NCBI GenBank assembly: GCA_965207225.1 | Contig: CBDBLV010000005.1 | Span: forward strand, 1,536,001 to 1,600,000 | DNA: 64,000 nucleotides | Source of the DNA: Dehalococcoidia bacterium | GTDB taxonomy: Bacteria > Chloroflexota > Dehalococcoidia > Plut-88900 | Reading direction: 5' to 3' | Translations under genes and position numbers: made by a program | Notes under the pieces: generated by a model | Database searches by the model: none | The model's input: the letters and a program-made list of their open reading frames with translations, nothing else | What the model was told of the DNA's origin: nothing | Shown here: positions 56,860-64,000 of the stretch, in pieces | Layout of the letters: each line of letters opens with the position of its first letter | How positions within the stretch are numbered: position 1 is the stretch's first letter

Positions 56860-57999
56860 CTATTGGAGGCCCATTATTCGGGCCGCGGTGTTGCCAAGGA
56901 TGTCGGCTCTTTCGGAGTCTGACAGGAAGTTGCAGTTGAGCTTGTACTGATTGAGGGCCTGCTTGTATGTACAGTAGCGCCCGACCATAGGCCAGTCGGA
57001 GCCCCACATGAGCCTGTGGGCACCGATGCGCTTGACGCACTCCTCGATAGTAGGCTCCGCCTCTTTCCAGGGATACTCCCAGATGGCGCCCATCTGTATA
57101 GTTAACATAAGCTCCATATGGCACTGTGGGGACTGGAAGACCGACCAAATGTCTTCGGGGAAACGGATGCGGTCGCCGTCCAGGAAGGCGCGCCAGGGGA
57201 GACCGTGGGTTATGACTACCTTGACGCCGGGGTAGCGTTCCATCCAGCGGATAAGTATTCGGAGTTCATCCATGTACTCTTCGAGGAGCGCTGGGCCGTA
57301 AGGGCTCGGGCCCGCGAGGCCCTTGCCGATCATGGTGAAGAACACCGGGACACCGAGCCTGGTGACTGCGTCCCAGAATGGCCGCATGGCCTCCTCGTCC
57401 CACGGGTCGCGGTGGCCCTGCTGATCGTGAAGGGGCGGGCTGTAGTAATAGCGGGGCATGAACTGGAGCCCCGATGGGCTCTTCGAGTTGACGACTTCCC
57501 AGGCCACTTCTTCGGCGGCCTTTTCGGGATTGGCGGGGATGGAGTGGGCCTCGACCATTACGAGCCTCATAAGGCGGTCCGGGTAGAGGTTAACGACGTT
57601 GCGCTGGAACTCGTTCTGGAAGGTGTAGCGACCCTTGTGGGGGTGGGTGTGGAGGATGCCGCAGTCGATGCCGGCGTAGTCCATCTCGGCGATCATTAGC
57701 TCGGGCGGACATTCGAGGTTGTGGAGCATGGGCGGGAAGTACTGTTTGACGTAGGTCTCGCCTTCGTACTCCCAGGCGAGCTGTCCCATATGTCGGGTCC
57801 AGCGGGCGTTGGTGAGTTCTCCGGTGTCTGGGTTGATTAGGGAAGAGTTGTCGACGGGGGCACGGTCACGGGCGCTCCAGGCAGGCTGATGGTGGGTGGC
57901 CAGCTCCCGATGGATGACCTCCATCTTCTCGGCCCTGGATTTGTAACCGGCGGCCGAGTCCCACTGGGCGAAGGAGCTGGGGTAGCAGTCGATTATCAT
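56860..57999 (-). CDS. Amidohydrolase_2 family protein
   Basis: EMDYAGID, VVITHG, RLMWGSDWP, ILGNTAAR. Confidence 0.88.
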   Translation of the reverse strand: MIIDCYPSSFAQWDSAAGYKSRAEKMEVIHRELATHHQPAWSARDRAPVDNSSLINPDTGELTNARWTRHMGQLAWEYEGETYVKQYFPPMLHNLECPPELMIAEMDYAGIDCGILHTHPHKGRYTFQNEFQRNVVNLYPDRLMRLVMVEAHSIPANPEKAAEEVAWEVVNSKSPSGLQFMPRYYYSPPLHDQQGHRDPWDEEAMRPFWDAVTRLGVPVFFTMIGKGLAGPSPYGPALLEEYMDELRILIRWMERYPGVKVVITHGLPWRAFLDGDRIRFPEDIWSVFQSPQCHMELMLTIQMGAIWEYPWKEAEPTIEECVKRIGAHRLMWGSDWPMVGRYCTYKQALNQYKLNCNFLSDSERADILGNTAARIMGLQ

Positions 58000-58013
58000 G
58001 GCCCGGTCTCGGC

Positions 58014-58769
58014 CTACTTTTCGTCCGCGACGTAGTTGCGGAGTACACCAACGCCCTGCACCTCGACCTCGACGGTGTCGCCGTCCTTGGTGGCGCCGGG
58101 GATGCCCGGGGTGCCGGTGTAGATGACGTCTCCCGGCTCAAGGGTCATGGAGGCGGAGATGAAGCTGATGATGGTGGGCACGTCGAAGATGAGGTCGGAG
58201 GTGTTGCCTTCCTGGGCGGTCTCGCCGTTGATGCGGACGGCGAGGTTGGTGTTGAAGGGGTCGATCTCGGTGTTGATGAAGGGGCCGAGGGGGCCAAAGG
58301 TGTCGGAGCCCTTGGCGCGCCACCACTGGAGGTCGCCTCGCTGCCAGGGCCTGCAGCTGACGTCGTTACCTGCGGTGTAGCCGAGAACATAGGCGAGGGC
58401 GTCTTCTTTGGATACGGACTTGGCCCGTCGGCCAATGACGATAACTAGCTCGCCTTCGTGCTCTATGAGTCCGGCGTCCCTGGGGAGGATGATGGTACCC
58501 TCGGGGTCCAGGAGGGAGGTGAGGGTCTTGAAGAAGATTCCGGGCACCTCGGGTTGCTTCCTGCTGCCGAGATGGCTGGCGTAGTTGAGGCCCACCGCAA
58601 GGACCTTCGTGGGTTCGCAGGGCATGAGTAGCTTTACATCGGCGAGGTTGTGTCGGGTAGAGGTCTGCTTTACATCACCGTAGATGCTTCCTTCGATCTC
58701 TGTGACAGTGTCACCTTCGACTACGCCGAAAGAAGTTCGTCCGTCGGCCTGGTATCTTGCGAATTTCAT
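58014..58769 (-). CDS. Fumarylacetoacetate hydrolase family protein
   Basis: VGLNYASH, HEGELVIVIG, NDVS, AKGSDTFGPLGP, TGTP. Confidence 0.93.
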   Translation of the reverse strand: MKFARYQADGRTSFGVVEGDTVTEIEGSIYGDVKQTSTRHNLADVKLLMPCEPTKVLAVGLNYASHLGSRKQPEVPGIFFKTLTSLLDPEGTIILPRDAGLIEHEGELVIVIGRRAKSVSKEDALAYVLGYTAGNDVSCRPWQRGDLQWWRAKGSDTFGPLGPFINTEIDPFNTNLAVRINGETAQEGNTSDLIFDVPTIISFISASMTLEPGDVIYTGTPGIPGATKDGDTVEVEVQGVGVLRNYVADEK

Positions 58770-58934
58770 GTGTGCCTCCGGGGTGTTGGGTGTTGGGGTT
58801 AGGGGCTGGGACATATTACATGGGGCGGTTGGGTGGGACAATCCCTTTTGACGTATGGTCAAAGTTGGCTTGCGGCATCGTTCACTAGCAAATAGAGTGT
58901 ATCGACCGACACTCCTGTGCGTGAGTGAAGACGT

Positions 58935-60098
58935 TTGTACTTGGAAATTCTATCGCTTACCAACTTCAGAAATTACGCTTCCCTGGATCTGCCATTTGGG
59001 CCGGGGACGTTCATTCTGTGGGGCGACAACGCGCAGGGGAAGTCGAACTTGCTGGAGGCAGTGTACCTGCTGGCTACCACCAAGTCGGCGAGGGCTTCCA
59101 ACGAGCGGGAACTGATAGGGTGGGGGGCGATGGATGACCCTCTGCCCGCAGCCCGTGTCACGGGTGAGCTGAGCCGAGGTGGAGAGAAGACGAGACTGGA
59201 TGTCGGTTTGGTGGCGGAGAAATCGGAGGTTGGGGATGAAATTTCGTTCAGCCTCAGGAAGCAGACTCGGGTAAACGGTGTGCCGCGGCGGGCGTCGGAC
59301 GTGATGGGGACGCTGAACGCGGTTCTGTTCGACCCACAGGACGTTGACCTGGTCACCGGGCCTCCTTCGTCGAGAAGACGCTACCTGGACGTCACGATTT
59401 CCCAGATGAACAGGGACTACCTGAAGGCGTTACAACGCTATACGAGGATACTGACGCAGCGCAATCACCTGCTGAGGGCGATCAGAGAAGGGACGAGCCA
59501 GAGCAGCCAACTGAGGGTTTGGGACGCTCCTCTCATCGAGGAAGCGGTGCATACTCATCTCACTCGCAGACGGATGCTGGAAGAAATGGCCGGAGCCAGC
59601 ACAGTGATATACGGGGAGCTGACGGGTAGCGAGGAGTCATTTGCGTTGAGGTATTTGCCGAATCCCAGGGAACTTCGGGGTATTTCTGAAGATGCGAACG
59701 AAGTTGGAGAGGTTATCCGGGAGCGGCTTTCGGCGAATGTGGACAGAGAGATTGGGCAGGGGGTGACCGTGGTCGGGCCTCACAGGGACGATGTGCAGTT
59801 TGAGGTGGGAGGTCGGGACGCGAGCCTGTACGGGTCTCGGGGCCAGCAGCGTACTGTGGTGGCGGCCCTGAAGCTCGCTGAGGTGAAGCTGCTGGAGTCC
59901 AACACGGGTGAAGACCCCGTCCTGCTGCTGGATGATATTCTTTCTGAACTGGATGAAACGAGACGGCGTCGGGTGCTTCAAACGGTGCTGCGGAGTGAGC
60001 AGACTATATTGACTACTACTGACCTGGACCGAATTGATGAGGGGTTGAGGACTCGGGCGCGGTTGATCAGGGTTGAAGGAGGGAGGCTGTTGTTTTGA
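58935..60098 (+). CDS. recF: DNA replication/repair protein RecF
   Basis: NFRNY, GDNAQGKSNLLEA, GPHRDD, GSRGQQR, LLLDD. Confidence 0.96.
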   Translation: MYLEILSLTNFRNYASLDLPFGPGTFILWGDNAQGKSNLLEAVYLLATTKSARASNERELIGWGAMDDPLPAARVTGELSRGGEKTRLDVGLVAEKSEVGDEISFSLRKQTRVNGVPRRASDVMGTLNAVLFDPQDVDLVTGPPSSRRRYLDVTISQMNRDYLKALQRYTRILTQRNHLLRAIREGTSQSSQLRVWDAPLIEEAVHTHLTRRRMLEEMAGASTVIYGELTGSEESFALRYLPNPRELRGISEDANEVGEVIRERLSANVDREIGQGVTVVGPHRDDVQFEVGGRDASLYGSRGQQRTVVAALKLAEVKLLESNTGEDPVLLLDDILSELDETRRRRVLQTVLRSEQTILTTTDLDRIDEGLRTRARLIRVEGGRLLF

Positions 60099-60223
60099 CT
60101 CGGGGCGTGCTCTAGCTCTCTCCTCCGAAGGAGATGGGGTCGGAGGTGCTGACCCAGATTCTTCGCGAGGCACCAAAAGACAATAAGGAAAAGCATTACG
60201 GACTGGGAAGAAGGAGAACGGCT

Positions 60224-61018
60224 GTGAACGAGGTTGAGTTGCAGGCAGGGATAGACAGGGCGGCGGAGCTTATTGTTGGGTCTGAGTACACGACGGCCCT
60301 GGTCGGGGCTGGGATGTCGGTAGAGAGCGGTATTCCTCCGTTCAGGGGCCCCGGTGGCATCTGGACGAAGTACGGGGAGCCGCCGATGGACGGTTACCAG
60401 AAGATGCTGCAGGACCCTGAGGGCTACTGGCTGGAACGCAACAGCGACGAGGGCCCGATGGCGGAGTTTAGGAGCACTTTTGAGCAGGCCCGACCGAACC
60501 CGGGACACCTGGCAATGGCCGAGATGGAGGAGATGGGTTACCTGCGCTGCATAATCACCCAGAACGTGGACAACCTGCACCAGGTTGCGGGCAGCATGAA
60601 CGTGGCGGAAATACACGGCAATTCGACAAAGCTGAGGTGTGTCGGTTGCAATAGCCGATGGGATGCGGAGGAATACGAGGTCACAGACTATCCACCGCTG
60701 TGCGACGACTGCGGGGGCATCATCAAGGCTGACACAGTGATGTTCGGCGAGCCGATACCATTTGACGTGCTGGTGAAGTGCGACCAGGAGTCGAAGAAGT
60801 CGGACTGCATGATGCTGGTCGGGACCACGGCAGAGGTATACCCGGCAGCCAGCTTTCCCCACATGATCAAGCAGTCGGGCGGGGTGCTAATCGAGATAAA
60901 TCCCTACGATACGGTGATTTCAGGGCTATGTGATGTAGTCCTGCGGGGGCCGTCAGGGGATGTGCTCCCGAGGTTGGTGGAGAGGGTGAGGTCGTTGAGG
61001 CCGGGTGGGTCAGGGTGA
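60224..61018 (+). CDS. cobB: Sir2 family NAD-dependent protein deacylase
   Basis: GAGMSVESGIPPFRG, TQNVDNLH, EIHGN, two CxxC. Confidence 0.92.
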   Translation: MNEVELQAGIDRAAELIVGSEYTTALVGAGMSVESGIPPFRGPGGIWTKYGEPPMDGYQKMLQDPEGYWLERNSDEGPMAEFRSTFEQARPNPGHLAMAEMEEMGYLRCIITQNVDNLHQVAGSMNVAEIHGNSTKLRCVGCNSRWDAEEYEVTDYPPLCDDCGGIIKADTVMFGEPIPFDVLVKCDQESKKSDCMMLVGTTAEVYPAASFPHMIKQSGGVLIEINPYDTVISGLCDVVLRGPSGDVLPRLVERVRSLRPGGSG

Positions 61019-61414
61019 GGGCATTTCGGCGACGCGGAAGGGGAGAGTGCAGATTTCGATGCCGTCTATGAGCCAGCTGACCTGGTAATCGCCAAATTTC
61101 TGGAAGCGGAGGCCGTAGAGACCGTTGACGTTGCGGTAGGTGCGGTAGGTGAGACCCTTGCCGGGAGCGGGAATGTCGCGGTTAGCGGTAACGGGCGGGA
61201 TAATGTCGTTGGCGTCGGCGTCCTGGACGCGCATTTCGAATGCCTTGGTGCGCCGGGTCTCGTTGGAGGTGAACTTTAACCCGAGGACGGCGAAGAGCTG
61301 CTGGTGCACCACTGGTACGGTCTTGGCGTAAATGGTGTCTATGCCGATGCCGACAGCGGTGAGCTTGTTGGAGGAATCGGCGTAATCGCAGAGGAAAGCG
61401 TATTCGACGTTCAT
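61010..61414 (-). CDS. DUF6941-like hypothetical protein
   Basis: AFLCDYA..KLTAVG..FQKFGDY. Confidence 0.65.
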   Translation of the reverse strand: MNVEYAFLCDYADSSNKLTAVGIGIDTIYAKTVPVVHQQLFAVLGLKFTSNETRRTKAFEMRVQDADANDIIPPVTANRDIPAPGKGLTYRTYRNVNGLYGLRFQKFGDYQVSWLIDGIEICTLPFRVAEMPSP

Positions 61415-61552
61415 GGCGTGGAATTGGGTGGTGAGGTTGACTCTTCAATGGTCACGGGTCGGGGGAGTCTTTGTCAAGGCGGCTGTTATAATTCTCGGCC
61501 AAGACTGGGTCGAGATGGTGGGTGGGGCAGGAGAAACAGGGAGATTGAAGAA

Positions 61553-62761
61553 ATGTTGCCTTTAGAGGGCGTGAAGGTCGTAGAGCTGGCGATCTGGCTG
61601 GCGGGTCCCGCGTGCGGGGTGATCATGGCCGACTGTGGCGCAGACGTGATAAAGGTGGAGCATCTGGAGACGGGCGGAGACCCTGCTCGCGGATGGACCC
61701 CGACGGATGCAACGGTCAAGCAGGACCCTAACTACGTGTTCGAGACGATGAACCGCGGGAAGCGGGGCATCGCACTGGACCTGTCCCGGGAAAAGGGTCG
61801 GGAAGTTCTTTACACGCTGTGCAAGCAGGCGGACGTGTTCGTCACCAATCTCCGTCTCTCGACACTGGACAAGCTGAAGGTGAATTACGACTCGATAAGG
61901 GAGGTAAATCCCGGAATTGTGTATGTGCGGGGTACCGGATACGGGCCCCGGGGGCCGGAGAAGGACAAGATGGGTTTCGACTCCATCGGGTTCTGGGCTC
62001 GGTCGGGGATCATGGCGTCGATAGGGGACCCGGGGTCGGTGCCGACGAGGATGAGGGGGTCGCTGGGGGACGTTTCGACTGGCACATGCATGTTTGCGGG
62101 GACAATGGCCGCCCTGTACAGGAAAGAAAGGACGGGAGAAGGGGGCCTGGTGGACGGGTCGCTGTTGGGGACAGGGGCGTGGATTGCGGCCGAGAACCTG
62201 TGGGCGCCGCTAAGGACTGGGAAAACACCTCCCCGGTATTCGCGGAAGAGCCCGCCCAATCCGCTGGTCAACATCTACAGCACGTCGGATGGCCGGTGGG
62301 TCTACATGACGATCCTGCAGGCGGACCGGTTCTGGCCCAACCTGTGCAGGGCCGTTGAAAGGGATGACCTCATAGAGGATGAACGGTTTTCCAAGATTGA
62401 TGCCCGAAGGGAGAACAGTGCGGCGCTGGTCGCGATACTGGATGAGCAGTTCAGGAAGAGAACGCTGGAGGACTGGGGAAATAGGCTGGATGCCGAGCGC
62501 ATAGCCTGGGGGCTGGTGACCGAGCCCGAGGAGGTGATCTCGGGGGAGCAGGTGGAGGCCAACGAATACGTGATAGGGGTCGATCACCCGGTTCTTGGGC
62601 ATTTGAGGGAAACGGCGATCCCATTCCAGATCGATGGGTCGGCGCTGACGCCGCGGGCCCCGAGCCCGGAATTTGGGGGGTCTACGGAGGAGGTGCTGTT
62701 GGAAGCGGGGTATTCGTGGGAGGAGATCGGGGATATGAAGGAGGAGAGGGTCGTGATTTAA
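61553..62761 (+). CDS. CaiB/BaiF family III CoA transferase
   Basis: LEGVKVVELA..AGP..GADVIKVE, NRGKRGIALDL. Confidence 0.93.
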   Translation: MLPLEGVKVVELAIWLAGPACGVIMADCGADVIKVEHLETGGDPARGWTPTDATVKQDPNYVFETMNRGKRGIALDLSREKGREVLYTLCKQADVFVTNLRLSTLDKLKVNYDSIREVNPGIVYVRGTGYGPRGPEKDKMGFDSIGFWARSGIMASIGDPGSVPTRMRGSLGDVSTGTCMFAGTMAALYRKERTGEGGLVDGSLLGTGAWIAAENLWAPLRTGKTPPRYSRKSPPNPLVNIYSTSDGRWVYMTILQADRFWPNLCRAVERDDLIEDERFSKIDARRENSAALVAILDEQFRKRTLEDWGNRLDAERIAWGLVTEPEEVISGEQVEANEYVIGVDHPVLGHLRETAIPFQIDGSALTPRAPSPEFGGSTEEVLLEAGYSWEEIGDMKEERVVI

Positions 62762-62800
62762 GGGGTGGATGATGATCTCCAGCCCAAGTCAATGCGTGAG

Positions 62801-62828
62801 CCCCTGCGACTCCATTCAGGGCGAACGG
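62801..62828. repeat. Short REP-like intergenic element
   Basis: CCCCTGCGACTCCATTCAGGGCGAACGG, similar to 54444-54470. Confidence 0.35.
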
Positions 62829-62923
62829 AAGCCCCAATCCCCGACCACTCGTGTGGCATCGATATGATGGTGGAAAGGCTCAGGAAGACACCGATAAGGG
62901 AGGTGGTTAGAGATTCCGGCAGG

Positions 62924-64000
62924 GATGGCTAGTGAAGTATCGCCGGGGCCCGTGGAAGGGCTGCGGGTTGTGGACTTTACGCGAGGGTTTCCAGGTGCTC
63001 TGACGACGATGCTTCTGTCCGACTACGGGGCGGAGGTGCTAAAGGTAGTGTCGCCTGGAGAGGCCCCGCTGGAGATAGCACCGGGGTTCAGGGTGTGGAA
63101 CAGGGGGAAGAGGCAGATGGCGGTGGACTTGAGGTCTGGGGAGGGGGTGGAGGCTACGCTGGAGTTGGCATCTCGGGCGGACGTTGTGATTGAGAGCTGG
63201 AGAGTCGGGGTGGCGGACGGCATTGGGGTCGGGTACGGTGCGGTGAGGGAGCGGAACCCGGGCGTTATCTACTGTTCGATATCGTCGTTTGGGGAGAAGG
63301 GGCCGCTAAAAGGGTTGCCGGGTTATGAGGGGATAGCGGCTGCGGCGTCAGGGATCATGACGGAGCAGGCAGGGGTGAGACCCGGACCCGTCTATGTGTC
63401 GTCGCCGGTGGCTAGCTTCGGGACGGTGATGCTGGCGCTGCAGGGGATTCTATCTGCGCTGCACGTGAGGAATGAGACGGGGGTCGGGCAGCGGGTCTGG
63501 ACCAGTCTGTACGAAGGTGCGATCGCCATCCGGTACCCGGTTCTTCCCATAGCCAACGAGCTGCCGCCTTTCATAGTGAATAACGTACATCCCCATGGTG
63601 GAATGCCGGCCTACCGCATGTATCCATGTGCAGATGACAGGTGGATACACATCGGGTGCCTGACGCGCTGGTTCTGGGACAAGCTGTCGATTGCCCTGGA
63701 CCTTCCGGAACTGGTCATAGACCCTCGATTCGAGACCGCACCAACGGGATGGAAAGAAGACGAGGATCGCCTGGCAGCAATAGAGCTGATTGGAAACAGG
63801 GTCAGGGAGAGACCTCGGGCGGAGTGGCTGCAGATCCTGGAGGATGGAGACGTGCCGACCGCGCCCGTCCTATCGACCCAGGAGTACATGGACGTTCCCC
63901 AGGTGCACGAAAACGGGCTGGTCGTGGACGTGAACGACCCGGTGCTGGGAGAGATGAAGCAGGTCGGGCACCCGATCCTGTATTCGGAGACGCCGGGTCG
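62924..64000 (+). CDS. CaiB/BaiF family CoA transferase (runs off window edge)
   Basis: Own translation: VEGLRVVDFTRGFPGAL..YGAEVLKV..WNRGKR. Confidence 0.88.

Noticed and set aside
60224-61018. Sir2-type anti-phage effector
   Set aside because: Classical CobB-like deacylase with Zn-binding CxxC pairs, in housekeeping context next to recF

Overview
GC-rich bacterial window, probably Chloroflexota/Dehalococcoidia such as SAR202 (inferred from gene content, not searched). Positions 1-52.7k are one large composite integrative-conjugative island anchored at the 3' end of tRNA-Ser(GGA); the other att site is not seen in the window. Right to left the island has: a tyrosine integrase with AlpA and ImmR/ImmA-like control genes; a dead serine recombinase; a defence cluster (GmrSD-like gene, PRTase-DprA-HAD); a minimal T4SS operon (VirB6, pilins, PrgI, VirB4, VirD4, Replic_Relax); and a divergent leading-type region (primase, Rad52/22, TSCPD, SSB, RadC, DUF6094 methyltransferase, helicase). 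Four leading-region genes are interrupted: the helicase by a serine-integrase element (1-~8293), the methyltransferase and radC by two complete group II introns whose removal restores the reading frames exactly, and a small gene by an IS1182. Top candidate for novelty: the radC intron carries a second intact gene, a DUF429-like RNase H-fold nuclease, inside domain IV after its RT/maturase. Second: the nested serine-integrase element shares an oriT-like cis-element and an unknown HTH/coiled-coil family with its host ICE. Positions 53k-64k are ordinary chromosomal genes. All family assignments come from motif recognition only.
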